64,000 bases of DNA from assembly GCA_964016885.1 (NCBI GenBank), contig OZ024745.1, positions 15,376,001 to 15,440,000 on the forward strand, in the 5' to 3' direction. This document shows positions 41,266-55,601 of this stretch, piece after piece. A program made the position numbers and the translations under genes. This DNA comes from Eledone cirrhosa (lineage: Eukaryota). Every line of letters starts with the position of its first letter. Positions within the stretch are counted from its first letter, which is position 1. Below the pieces are notes generated by a model. It made no database searches, had not been told where the DNA came from, and was given only the letters and a program-made list of their open reading frames with translations.

Positions 41266-42727
41266 TACCCCAAGCAGAATATATTTCAAACTAAAAACCA
41301 CAATAATCAAAGAAGAATAGCGAGAGAAGCTAAATTTCAATCTACCTAAGTAATATTGTATTTCTCGACTAAAATTAAAATCTGTTCATGCACACGGTCT
41401 TATCAGGCCAGAGCTAATCCCGCTAAGGGACTAAGTGTTCACCAATCACCAATCAGTGACAGCCTCCAGTTGTTGCTGGTGATACTCATTTTTCTACCGA
41501 GGGATCTATCCAAAGCAGCGAGGAATTAAATGCCTTGCTGAAATGTACAGTTCACCACCCAGTCCTGGAATCGACGTTACAGCCTTACTATCATGGCTCC
41601 AACAGCTTAACCAGTATATTAATGCGAAATACTTATCTCAATATTTAAGGCATATTGTCACCAGAATTGTTCATCAAGGGAAAGAAACATCGAATATTTC
41701 CAGATTGTAAATTCCTTCACTGAGATAAATTTACCAAATATATAAAGAACAAATAAATTATTTAGAATGCAAAAAACATTTTTTATGTAAAGCGGAATAC
41801 ACGGGAAATATTTATATTCTGTTCTCGTTGAGTAAATTCACTTCATTTTATATTCACATCATTCTTTTCTGGCTTAAAAGTTCATAACTACACGAAATAG
41901 CCGAGCAGTACTTGCATATATTAGACATTAAACCAGATATACGTCCACGGCTTCTTTGAGAAACACAATATTCTTACTATGTTGATTATAGTGTCTAAGA
42001 GAGTGTCATTGAGATATTTCTCAGACTTCTTTCTAATTCAAATGACAATACTGCGATTCTTTATTTATGTTTACAGAACAAACAAAACTGTGATAAAAGA
42101 CGTATGTTTTATAAAAGAAAATGTATCAATTTTTAGTAGGTTTTTGCTGCAATTTAACTGTCGTTCCAACCCAATCAATTAAGTATGCACAATATTTGCT
42201 CAGATTCTTCACATCCAGTTCTATCTTTTCAGGAAATAATAGCTTCTGGAGGAAAAAAAGTTGAGATATTATAAGACTACAAATGGTGGAGGGGTTAAGT
42301 AAACGTTTATAACACACACACACATACATACATATATATATATAAAGCATAACTTTCCGTATTTACTACGGTTACGAGATGCGGTTTCTTATTCAGGTAC
42401 AACCTCTGATTTTAGCCTAAGAAAATATCTATATGCGTGTGTAATTTATACACGCATATATTTATTTTTTTAAATTTCAATTGAGTTCTTAACACGTTGG
42501 ATTGATAATGTTTTCGAAAAAACTGATTAACCCGCGTGTATATTATTTTTTTTCCTCCTTTCGTGGATCGTAGTTGTCTCCCCTTCCCGCTTAGTGACGC
42601 TATAATACTTCCTCAGTCAAAAACTGCTGGAATTGCAAATTTGGCGGTCATTCGATCCGAGAAGGAGCAACTTAACAGACACGATTTTTAACTGCGGCAA
42701 GAATTTTTTCTTATATCAAAGTTTAAT

Positions 42728-42857
42728 GGGTTTCCACTGATGATTTATAAGCACCTACCTAAATATATTCTTACATGAATGTATATTAGGCTTCTACATA
42801 AACTGGAAATATTCTCCCATTTTGTAGAAAACTTATAATGAAACAATTGTTTGGAAA
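42728..42857 (+). ncRNA. type I hammerhead with multibranched stem II (family A, copy 3)
   Basis: TTTCCA-CTGATGA-TTTATAAG[two hairpins]CTTATAAT-GAAAC-AATT-GTT-TGGAAA. Downstream GTTAGCACCCCAAAC...AATTGGG is shared with copies 1 and 2; the element ends in (TA)n at ~43043. Confidence 0.85.
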
Positions 42858-43038
42858 GAGAGATGTATTTTAACTTTAATTATATCTCATAAAATAATAC
42901 AACTGGCTTTTCCACATAATACATATTGTTAGCACCCCAAACACTTAAATTGGGTTTATATTAAAATATAACCTAATGTTTGTTGAGTGTGATGGTTACC
43001 AGTCAGAGTTTAGCTTTAAACTATCTCTGTTATTGTAT

Positions 43039-43101
<63 letters not shown>

Positions 43102-44355
43102 TTAAGGATACTATTTATGGTTATGTATGTAATAAAGCCTTTTATGGTTATATATTTTTATACAAACCCTAAATAGTGAAAGATAGTCATTAATTACTAT
43201 CTTATTACCAGTAAGATAAATAGCTCAATGTAGTAACATCTGTTGTTTTACAGAGCAGTTATATAGAGATTACAATAATCAAAGTTTAGTTTAAATCATT
43301 TATTTGCTTACAATTGTTTCCTCCAAACCGAGGTTTGGATTCTTCGGAGCAACTATTAAGTGATCTATAAAATACTTGACCTCCTTTTCAACACAAGAGA
43401 CATATAAAAACATATGCACATATTGACCCACAGTGGGATGACATCCATCAAAATGATATAGCATGGCAATTTACATATAAAGGTTAAAGGATAAAAATAA
43501 AAATAAAAATAAAAATAAAAATAAAAATAAAGCATTGGCAGTTTATGAAGATAAAGCAAGAGGAAAGTTTAGAGTCAGTGTATGAAACAATCTCACGTGT
43601 AGCATGCACGCGTGTCTTATTTATACAGGATTAGAGTGCGGCAGATTGTTAGTTGCAGGATCAGGCAGTTGAAGCAGGCAATCGATATTATTATGTGGGC
43701 TGAATTATTAAATGATTTTTTCGCATACACCTGTATGATATACAATCCCGAATGTGGAGAAACACCAAAATATCAAAAATATCAAACATATTATAAAACA
43801 TATTATATCGTAGGCAAAACAGTATCACTGTCTTCGCGAACACCACCACTCACATAATCCATGAGACGCAATATATAGAACACGGGTTTATCGTATAATC
43901 CACGGTGGTTCAGCATATAACCAAGTTATAAACCATATCTTGTCGATTCTTAATTAATAGATCATGTTGTTTAGTTTTGTGTGATGATATTATATTCCGG
44001 AAGTGTGTGTGTGACCAAGGGGAGTTAATGCGTAAGGGGATGTAACTAGCTGTTTTTCTTAGTTAAATTTATTATCCTAAATTACATTAATGGTGTTTCA
44101 AAAAAGTACCTATCATATGATGTTATAACTAATTTCTAGATTATAAATTAAATTAGGTATCTTATCTACAAATTAGAGTGGAGTCTACTAATAAGTACTA
44201 AAGGAGTTCATATCATGATGGTTACAATCTAATATGGAGTGCCACACCCGGACAATCTATAAGAAGAATCGGACTTCAAAATTAATTATATGGGTCTTAT
44301 TACCAATAATGGTCTTATTATCATACAAGACTCCCGGTAAGTTTCGGGTCATTGT

Positions 44356-45246
44356 ATGACTGCATCACCAGACATAAAAAACAGAAATAGAAGAAGAAAT
44401 AATACATTTTTCAACCCTCCTTTCAATCTAAACGTCTCTACCAACCTACCTAGGGCTTTCTTTTCACTACTGTATAAACACTTCCCATCCGGCCACAGGT
44501 ACCATAGCCTTTTAAACAAAAACACTATTAAAATCTCATACTCCACTACGCCTAACTTAGCATACCACATAGCTAGTAGCCATAAAAGACAAATTAATTC
44601 TTACTTCCAACAAACTAAATCACAACAGACGATAAACCTTCAAAATAACATTCAAAATAACATTATAGCAACTAACCATAATATCAATAGATATAATAGT
44701 ATTAGTACTAGTTTAAACATTAACGCTGTGAACGACAACCCACATAACCATAACCCTATAGCTAACATCCAAACTTCTACGCAGCATAGTAACCGGCAGA
44801 CTAGCACCCAGAATAATTGTAACTGTAGATCAAATAGAACCTGCCCTTTAGATAAAAAATGCTTAACCAAGGATATCATATACTCATGTACAGTCACAAC
44901 TAACAACTCTTCTGAAACCTATATAGGCTCTACTTCTAACTGCTTCAAAACTAGATACAATTCGCACCTCCACTCTTTCAAAAAACACAGTCTAGCCAAC
45001 TCCACTTCACTATCTAGCTACATACACTATCTAAAAACTAAAAATAAAATATATACACTTAAATGGGAGGTGGTAGGTAGTGCAACATCGTACAAACCAC
45101 CTAATAAATTTTGTAACCTCTGTCTACTAGAGACCCATACTATCATCTTCTCTAACCATAATCTCCTTAATAAAAAATCAGAAGTGTTCGCATCTTGCCA
45201 GCACCGCTTCCGACACTCTTTCCAAAACTTTAAACCTTATATATAA
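44356..45246 (+). pseudogene. Penelope-like element C-terminal ORF (thumb end, Cys linker, GIY-YIG endonuclease), 5'-truncated
   Basis: FNPPF...KHFP..H...NKNTIKISYS; CNC....CPL...C; IIYSC...YIGST..FKTRY..H; CNLCLLE...LLNKKSE...CQH. Confidence 0.9.
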
Positions 45247-45399
45247 CAATGTCAGACTGGAACCGTCACCACCCCTAGCAAGTAGCATCAGTAGCACACC
45301 TTACACCTCATCTCCACACCCATTTATATACTCTAAAGGTAATAGTGGCAACATTATAGTAACATCTAACCTGGGGATACCCCCATGTACTTCTAATTC

Positions 45400-45830
45400 T
45401 GATACCTCGGCCGTGGATTACTTAAACCTCATTGCACAAATATAGGATCAATATAAACTGTGGACACGGTATTGGTTGTGCTAACATAATCCTGTGCATG
45501 GAGTGCCACCATGAGATAGATTGACGATTAAGCTCCAAGTGAGATTATAGGTTATATTGTTATCTTTGAGGTCCCAGATGTGGCCCGAAAGTGTAGTGGC
45601 GTGACGCCGGGCCGGGTTTCGGAAAGTATGTCTGTGTTGGTATAGCCGGGTCTTGAAGTCACAAGCAGTTAATCCTATATAAGCTTTGTTGGAGGTGTCA
45701 GTCTTCACGTTGCACTGGTAGATCACATTACGATCTCTGCATCTGTTGTCGAGGGGGCAAAGGGATCCATCAGGACAGTTACACCTCCTGGTTGGCTCTC
45801 CACTGCTATCTAGGTTATTTCTTCCATAGG
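45400..45830 (-). pseudogene. PLE GIY-YIG endonuclease fragment
   Basis: CNCPDGSLCPLDNRCRDRNVIYQC...YIGLTACDFKTRLYQH...TTLSGHIWDLK. Confidence 0.85.
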
Positions 45831-45859
45831 GGTTGAGTTTTTATACCATATATGGAATT

Positions 45860-45972
45860 ACCCCCTGAGAAGTTCGGCTATTCATTTACCAGGATGAAAA
45901 TTTTCATTTAGTCCAGAATTAGCCGTCGAAACGGCTTGAGCTCAAATCTATATGGAGCTCAGCCGTCGGGGT
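45860..45972 (+). ncRNA. most complete family I hammerhead (degenerate)
   Basis: ACCCC-CTGAGAA-GTTCGGCTATTC[...]GAATTAGCCGTC-GAAAC-GGC[...]GCC-GTC-GGGGT; C3.A8 mismatch and an insertion in loop III. Confidence 0.6.
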
Positions 45973-45982
45973 CCTACTTGTT

Positions 45983-46050
<68 letters not shown>

Positions 46051-46053
<3 letters not shown>

Positions 46054-46246
46054 CGAAGGAAATGTGGTAAGGAACCAGGGGGACCATAACGCACCAAAGT
46101 ACTCAATACTTAGGGTAGTAGAGTGGGTAACAGGAACAAGTAAGACCCCGACGGCTGAGCTCAAGCCGTTTCGACGGCTAATTCTGGACGCAGAATTAGC
46201 CGGCGAAACGGCTTGAGCTCAGCCGTCGGGGTCTTACTTGTTCCTA
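46051..46246 (-). mobile_element. family I pLTR fragment with 5' inversion
   Basis: (TA)n-AACGAAGGAAA...inverted arm...GTTCCTA-(TA)n. Confidence 0.8.
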
Positions 46247-46254
46247 TATATATG

Positions 46255-47870
<1,616 letters not shown>

Positions 47871-47934
47871 CGTTTCGTTCTAAGTGGCACTATGCAGTAT
47901 TATCGACTTCATGTATATATATATATATATATAT

Positions 47935-48000
<66 letters not shown>

Positions 48001-48004
48001 TAAC

Positions 48005-48262
48005 AACATATCGTTAAAGGTAATCCGATTAGAGGTTGTGAAAACTTCTTATCATGGATAGGATAGTTTAAGCGTACGGCGTTGTGTGACTCAACAAGAG
48101 GTTTACGTGGATGACAAGTTTATGACTTCACTTGTATTCCTGTGTAAGTAATAAAATTGTGGAGTAATAAAATTGAAAAAGTGAAGAATAACATGGTCAA
48201 CAGTACAAACAATTTCCTTGTTTGTACTGTTGACCATGTTATTCTTCACTTTTTCAATTTTA
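48005..48262 (-). mobile_element. family G pLTR 3' part with 45-bp perfect fold-back
   Basis: Shares CGTACGGCGTTGT.TGACTCAACAAGAGGTTTA and GTGAAGAATAACAT with 35263-35451; hairpin 48168-48262. Confidence 0.7.
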
Positions 48263-48493
48263 TATATATATATATATATATATCGTTTCTGAATTTGTTT
48301 AGCAAGATTCCTTATCTGAAATCGTGTGTTGAAACCGATATTATTATACTTTGGGAAGGTCATGTTGCCAATAAGAAAAACACGCACCAGTTGCTTTCAC
48401 TTCAATTTATTATAATAAATTTATAATAAATTTATAAATTTATAAATTTCTGGTTGGTTGGTTGGATCCACAACCAGATAGTTGTTTATATAT

Positions 48494-48538
48494 TGTCATA
48501 GTTCTTTCGTCACACACTCTGTGACCTCTTCAGTGACT
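48494..48538 (-). ncRNA. minimal hammerhead (family J)
   Basis: Mirror of 48649-48693. Confidence 0.75.
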
Positions 48539-48648
48539 GGGGATTCCTTTCTTTGTTTCTGTGCCTCTCCTTTGTTCTGTACTACGCAGAAACAAAATGG
48601 CGTAGGACAGAACAAAGGAGAGGCACAGAAACAAAGAAAGCAATCCCC

Positions 48649-48693
48649 AGTCACTGAAGAGGTCACAGAGTGTGTGACGAAAGAACTATGACT
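48649..48693 (+). ncRNA. minimal hammerhead (family J)
   Basis: AGTCA-CTGAAGA-G-GTCACA gag TGTGAC-type stem II-GAAAG-AA-CTA-TGACT. Confidence 0.8.
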
Positions 48694-48843
48694 ATATATA
48701 AACAACTATCTGGTTGTGGAACCAACCAACCAACCAGAAATTTATAAATTTATAAACTTATAAATTTATAAATATATAATAAATTGAAGTGAAAGCAACT
48801 GGTGCGTGTGTTTCTTATTGGCAACATGACCCTCCCAAAGTAT

Positions 48844-48879
<36 letters not shown>

Positions 48880-48901
48880 TAGATTGAGTTAGAAACTCAA
48901 T

Positions 48902-48938
48902 ATTTACAGATAATACTTCTTGATAATATCTCGCTCAC

Positions 48939-48976
<38 letters not shown>

Positions 48977-49013
48977 GTGAGCGAGATATTATCAAGAAGT
49001 ATTATCTGTAAAT
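48902..49013. repeat. ~40-bp perfect inverted repeat around a (TA)n loop
   Basis: ATTTACAGATAATACTTCTTGATAATATCTCGCTCACTATT and its reverse complement. Confidence 0.85.
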
Positions 49014-49910
49014 AAATGTGTTTAGTTGGGAAAAAAACATAAAATAGATCATCATTGTAACGAAGAAAGATAATGGAAACAAAATATAACATTGAACTAC
49101 GTTATAGTTAGTGTACTGATGATAGTTACTGTCTAACAGATAGCTTCCAAGTCGATCTAAGGAGAGATAAGATAAGAGTGAAGTACCGAAGCGGGTAAAG
49201 TTTGCTCAAACATTATTGTGTAAAATTAGATTGAGGAGTTTGCTGGTGCCAAAAGAAACAAATTTGCTGCCATTGAAGTTCTCCCATAAGGACGATCATT
49301 AGTGTATGTCGTACGACATCAGATTTGTTGCACATACAGTCAATGAGACTCCATGATAGAGAATATTAAGGTTTACAATATCTACATCACCAGTAAAACG
49401 GAGGGAATGATGTCAGTATACTTCGTCGGCGAGAGTTCTAGAAAATGTCGCTAAGAAAGTAGTGAATATGAAGATTTAGAAAAGTCTGTTGAAATCCAAA
49501 TCTAAGAGAAAATCCAGACTCTAATTCAGAAATGGGAATCTTTCAGTTCTTGCAAGATAAGACGTCATATCTTGTGTTCGTGGTCATCTTATTTGCAGTA
49601 TATCCTTAACTAATGGTTTCTGTTGTAACAGTGGAGGATTTCCAACTGATGTTGTCGGCTGTTTTGTTATTTGAGAAAATAGTGTGAAAGATGTAGAGTG
49701 ACAGCATAAAGATACGCACAATTACTTAAAAGGAAGTATGTTCACTGGTTTGGGTTCTTAACTTAGAAAGAATCTATGGATGGTCTGTATGTATTCTTAA
49801 AGTTCATATACCGTTAAGTTATTGCCCGATATTTCAATCAAGGGTGTTCTTACTCTTACTGTGGCTGTTTTATTGTTTATTTAAAACTACACTGAGTTGG
49901 GGCTTTGTTA

Positions 49911-50003
<93 letters not shown>

Positions 50004-50248
50004 AAAGCATACACACACACATAAAAGCATACACACACAATCATATAATATAAATATTATAGGAATTATTACTCTGTAAACCATAGGAACATCCGATTAC
50101 GCATGCGCAATTTTAAAGGAGATAATTACACTTCCTTTTCGCCTGACACTTTATATCAACCCATGCCAAAAAGGAAATGGAAGAGTGAATGTAAAATTAT
50201 GCAAATTATTATATATATACATACTCACACACAGACATGTGTATATAT

Positions 50249-50310
<62 letters not shown>

Positions 50311-50314
<4 letters not shown>

Positions 50315-50897
50315 AAATGGGGAGAAGAATACTGCAGGTTGCACATGGATAACATGTTATAAAATGAGTCCCATCAGTGATTTGCCAATGATCATAGATA
50401 TTTCATTGCATTAAAAATCATATACCTCACGTTGGTGCAATAATAACTAAATTAAGTTATTAGGACAATTAAAACGCGTAAAGCGAGTGAGACAAGTAAA
50501 CAACAAAGAGAAAAGCTAACCGTAGATAGGAAGAGGCACAAGCTACATAGTTATTCTGTCAGCTTAAGCTGGGTGAATATATGAGCGCGTAGAAAATAGA
50601 CCTTTCGAGATGAATCCAATGTAAGAAAGAAGGAAATTGTTTTCGTCGCGAACGGGGTGAAGTGAGAAGGGGAGAAACAGTGAGTGAGTGAGTGAGTGGA
50701 AGTGTGAGGAAGAGGTCAGTAGAGAGAAAGTGTTAACTGACATGACAGAGGGGCGAAAGAAAGTAAGAGAAACAGAGAGAACGAGGGAGCAGTAAGAGAG
50801 AGAGAGAGAAAAACAGAATCACAGTTTAGGTAAATATATGTGAAAAAATGGGGGGAAGAATACTGCAGGTTGCACATGGATAACATGTTATAAAATG
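50311..50897. mobile_element. partial-tandem element with 56-bp terminal direct repeats (531-nt period) in (TA)n
   Basis: GAAAAAATGGGG.GAAGAATACTGCAGGTTGCACATGGATAACATGTTATAAAATG at 50311 and 50842. Confidence 0.65.
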
Positions 50898-51032
50898 TAT
50901 ATATACATACATATACATATGTATCTATATTTATGTATACATAGATGCGTGAGTGTGTGACCGTGTGTTTGTTTACTATGGAGCGTTCATCTAGTCATTA
51001 TATACATACACACATATATATATATGTGTGTG

Positions 51033-51107
<75 letters not shown>

Positions 51108-51240
51108 TTGGGGAGGGTCATATTTGCGTAATATTGCCAGAATTAATAACAGAACACACTCACTGTTTGGTTGGTTTTCGCTTCTCGCTGTCTTTTATAT
51201 CTGCGATCTAACTTACTCGGTCCTCAATGTTGCTATGTAG

Positions 51241-52306
51241 CAGATAGCTAATTCCATACACCAGAGTATAACTGTAACTATCGACTTCCCTTCCAAACAC
51301 CCTAACAATAGACTACCTGTATTAGACACAGAACTCTGGATTAACACTATAGACGAGAGAGCCCAAATTCTCCACTCACACTATGCTAAACCCATGGCCT
51401 CCAAATACCTGATACTCAAAAACTCAGCAATGTCCAGTAGTGCTAAGTTTAATATTCTGATCGCAGATTTGGTACGAGTGATGAAGAATGTGTCCAGCAT
51501 GTGCGACCCAACAGAAATGGAAAGACACATCCAACACTTCATCAACCGCATGCAGTTCTCTGGCTACAACGAAAGAGACAGAGTCAGAGTATACGAAGGA
51601 GCCATGGAAAAGTATAAGACCCTCATAGAACTGGACATGAAAGGAATTTGCCCACTATACAGGAGCAAATTATGGAATAGCTTAGATAGGGCTAGACATA
51701 AGATAGGGAAGGCCACATCATGGTACGACAACCAGAGATATCAGAGTGTCATGTTTGTGGACGCCACCCCTGGAGGGAAATTAGCTAACCAGTGTAGAAA
51801 GGCCCTGAGAAAGAACCCACTTAAAAATAAAGGTGGTAGAAAAGCCAGGAACCACCATAAAATCCCTGATCAGCAAAACCTACCCTTTTAAGAAAACCCA
51901 CTGTACCAATAGGAAATGTATCATATGTAAGGTGAACCCCCGGATAAACTGTAAAACTAGAAACGTAGTCTATAGCATAAGATGTACAGAGGGTACTTGC
52001 AGAAACATGACAACAACATACATAGGTGAGACAGCTCGTAGCATAGGTGAAAGGATAGACCAACACTGGGGGGAACTAAAAGGACGAAAAAACGGGTCAG
52101 TACTATACGAACTTGCTAGACAACAACATGACGGTAACATAGACAACATAGAAATTAGAATAATATCTAAACATAGAAATGACCCAGCAGATAGGCAAAT
52201 CAGAGAGGCCAGTGAAATAGAAATTAGGAGACCAAAGCTAAACAGAAAGAATGAGTGGAACAACAACAACACCCAAACAAACAACATTGACCTAAGAGAA
52301 GTATAA
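51241..52306 (+). pseudogene. PLE RT C-terminus/thumb + Cys linker + GIY-YIG, one frameshift near 51820
   Basis: IANSIH...LPVLD...HYAKPMAS...SAM; FVDATPGG; KVVEKPG; C....C..C...C; VVYSIRC...YIGETARSIGERIDQH; RQIREA...LNRKNEW. Confidence 0.9.
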
Positions 52307-52582
52307 ATAAGTAAATAAAATTAAATAAAATAAGATAAATAAATACATACACAAGCACAATAACAACAAGCACATAAACACACACTAGTCACCCAGCAGA
52401 CACAACACTATACACACTAGTCACACAGCACACATAACACTATACACACACGCAAACGCATGCGCAAAGAAGACAAAATAAAATAAGATAAACAAACAAG
52501 CAAATAAATAAATAAATATATAGACAGACTGAATAAAAAATGGCGTAGACATACAACACAACAGGAGGAACAAAGAATATAA

Positions 52583-52625
52583 CACCACTGACGATGTTGC
52601 AGATGTGCAACGAAAGATTTATGTA
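52583..52625 (+). ncRNA. degenerate hammerhead in the PLE 3' pLTR (family J-related)
   Basis: CA-CTGACGA-T-GTTGCA gatg TGCAAC-GAAAG-AT-TTA-TG; stem I reduced to 2 bp. Confidence 0.5.
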
Positions 52626-52875
52626 AATTATGTAAACTATATATATGTGTTTGTGTCTATATTGTATCTGTATTATTTTTGACCGTCGGTCAGTCAATGG
52701 CAACATTGAGGACCGAGTAAGTTAGATCGCAGATATAAAAGACAGCGAGAAGCGAAAACCAACCAAACAGTGAGTGTGTTCTGTTATTAATTCTGGCAAT
52801 ATTATGCAAATATGACCCTCCCCAAGTATAACAATATCTGTTTCGACACACGATTTCATATAAAAAACCTCGCTA

Positions 52876-52920
<45 letters not shown>

Positions 52921-52927
52921 CATACAT

Positions 52928-52970
<43 letters not shown>

Positions 52971-52973
<3 letters not shown>

Positions 52974-53170
52974 CGAAGGAGATGTGGTAAGGAACCAGAT
53001 GGACCATAACGCACCAGAGTACTCAATACTTAGGGTAGTAGAGTGGGAAATAGGAAAAAGTATGACCCCGACGGCAGAGCTCAAGCCGTTTCAACGACTA
53101 TTTCTGGACAGTCCAGAAATAGCCATCGAAACGGCTTGATCTCTGCCGTCGGGGTCATACTCTTTCCTAT
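52971..53170 (-). mobile_element. family I pLTR fragment with 5' inversion
   Basis: (TA)n-AACGAAGGAG...inverted arm...TTCCTA-(TA)n. Confidence 0.8.
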
Positions 53171-53255
53171 ATATATATAATACATATTTATAGTGAGTTG
53201 GAAACTCAGAGTAGTCTCTTACAATTAAATAGCTCTAAGAAAAAAGCCTTTCCGA

Positions 53256-53295
<40 letters not shown>

Positions 53296-53297
<2 letters not shown>

Positions 53298-53490
53298 CGA
53301 AGGAATTGTGGTAAGGAACCAGATGGACCATAACGTACCAAAGTACTCAATACTTAGGGTAGTAGAGTGGGAAATAGGAACAAGTATGACCCCGGCGGCT
53401 ATTTCTGGAAATAGCCGTCAAAACGGCTATTTCCAGAAATAGCCGTCAAAACGGCTTGAGCTCTGCCGTCGGGGTCATACTTGTTCCTAT
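53296..53490 (-). mobile_element. family I pLTR fragment with 5' inversion and internal rearrangement
   Basis: Same ends as the other copies. Confidence 0.8.
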
Positions 53491-53834
53491 ATATATATAC
53501 ATTGCTAGAATAGGCAGCAGACGGCAGAATCTGGTAGTTAATACAAGACTGGTAGAGATACCTTAAAGAATGTGGAAAAGAAAGAAAAGGAGGAGGAAGT
53601 AAGATTGTTTAAAAATGTAAGAGAAAGATGTTTTTTAATGTATTAAATTAAAAGATGGAGGATGAAAGAAGGAAGGAAAGAATAAAGAATGTAAGAAAGA
53701 AAAAGAACGAGAAACGATCAGAATAGAATTAAGAACAAAAAAGGAAAGACAGTATGATAGAATGTCAGTTGTAATGAAGTACTAAAGAATGAGACGAGAG
53801 GAAAAGGAAGCAAAGCTAAATGAAATGGTGTCTA

Positions 53835-53941
<107 letters not shown>

Positions 53942-54003
53942 GGATCTCCGTCGGTTCTGACGACGAGCGTTCCAATCGTTTGACCAATGGAACAGCCTAC
54001 TCA

Positions 54004-54184
54004 TTGGCAATATCGGTAAAGCTTTGGACGCCATACTTTGTAGCATAGAGTTACGCCCCTTTATGATCTGAGTTCAAATCCCGCCGAGGTTAACTTTGCC
54101 TTTCATCCTTATGGGGTCGATAAAATACAGTACCAGTAATACACTGGGGTAACTGCTGGCCTTGTGCCAAAAGTAGAAACAATT
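54004..54184 (+). mobile_element. SINE family 1
   Basis: Matches the family consensus. Confidence 0.8.
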
Positions 54185-54683
54185 AATTTAACCTTCACCA
54201 CGTGTCTGAGCATTCCACAGGCACGTGTACACTTGACGTAGTTCTTATGGATATTTAGGGTAACACTGTGTAACATAACTGGCTCTTTAGATTACAGTTA
54301 AAACTCATTTTTATCCCCTAGAGCTGAGTGAACTGAAGCAACTGGAAATATAGTGTCTTGTTCAAGGACACAAGGCTCCGCCCAGCTCGGGATTCCGAAC
54401 ACCCTACCCTCTAAGTTACGCACCTTTCTAAGTTAATAGACATGTTAGAAATGAAGCAAGAAAGATAAATATCTTCCATCTTTTAATATAGACAAAGAAA
54501 TGAGAAGTGAAATAGAAAAAAACCCACAATACCTACATTAAGTCGGAATTTGGTAAGACAACAAAATAAATAGCATCACTGGCAAGATAAGGTGACAAGA
54601 ATACGTCGATGGTGTTGTTTATCTTATTATTACTAGAGAGGCAGGAAGTGAGTTTCTTTCTTATCAAGAATCCCCCCCCCCTT

Positions 54684-54722
<39 letters not shown>

Positions 54723-54957
54723 CGCTCTTTCTTTCTTATAGACTGTGATCCTCCTAACTTCATTATTTACGTCATTATTATTGTTATTGTTGTCGTTATT
54801 GTTGCTGTTTTTCGAACATCTTTTTCTGACTTTCACAACATATTCTTCTTCTTTTTCCAAAATCTAGAAACACAGTCACCCAGTCTCCCTGCTGGTTCCG
54901 TCTTTAAAATAACTCTTTTTATATATATAATTCTCTTGTATCTATTTTTTTCTATTG

Positions 54958-55009
54958 TACTACTACTACTACTACTACTACTACCACTACCACCACCACC
55001 ACCACCACC

Positions 55010-55059
<50 letters not shown>

Positions 55060-55087
55060 CACCACCACCACCACCACCACCACCACC

Positions 55088-55119
<32 letters not shown>

Positions 55120-55135
55120 CACCACCACCACCACC

Positions 55136-55224
<89 letters not shown>

Positions 55225-55282
55225 CACCACCACCACTACTACTACTACTACTACCACCACTACCACCACCACCACCACCACC

Positions 55283-55344
<62 letters not shown>

Positions 55345-55402
55345 CACCACCACCACTACTACTACTACTACTACCACCACTACCACCACCACCACCACCA
55401 CC

Positions 55403-55470
<68 letters not shown>

Positions 55471-55525
55471 CACCACCACCACTACTACTACTACTACCAC
55501 CACTACCACCACCACCACCACCACC

Positions 55526-55601
<76 letters not shown>
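54958..55601. repeat. compound (CTA)n/(CCA)n microsatellite with ~120-bp higher-order period
   Basis: 55201-55320 and 55321-55440 are identical. Confidence 0.95.

Larger units (their letters stand above)
48285..48851. mobile_element. fold-back pLTR pair (family J), ~250-bp arms
   Basis: Arms 48338-48587 and 48600-48851 with a 12-bp spacer; (TA)n on both sides. Confidence 0.9.
51104..52878 (+). mobile_element. 5'-truncated Penelope-like element with inverted 5' pLTR, inserted in (TA)n
   Basis: 51104-51232 is the reverse complement of 52700-52830; encloses an RT C-terminus/GIY-YIG ORF. Confidence 0.9.

Noticed and set aside
49110-49165. CTGATGA followed by a hairpin
   Set aside because: The GAAA core reads CCAA and stem I does not form; at best a dead relic.
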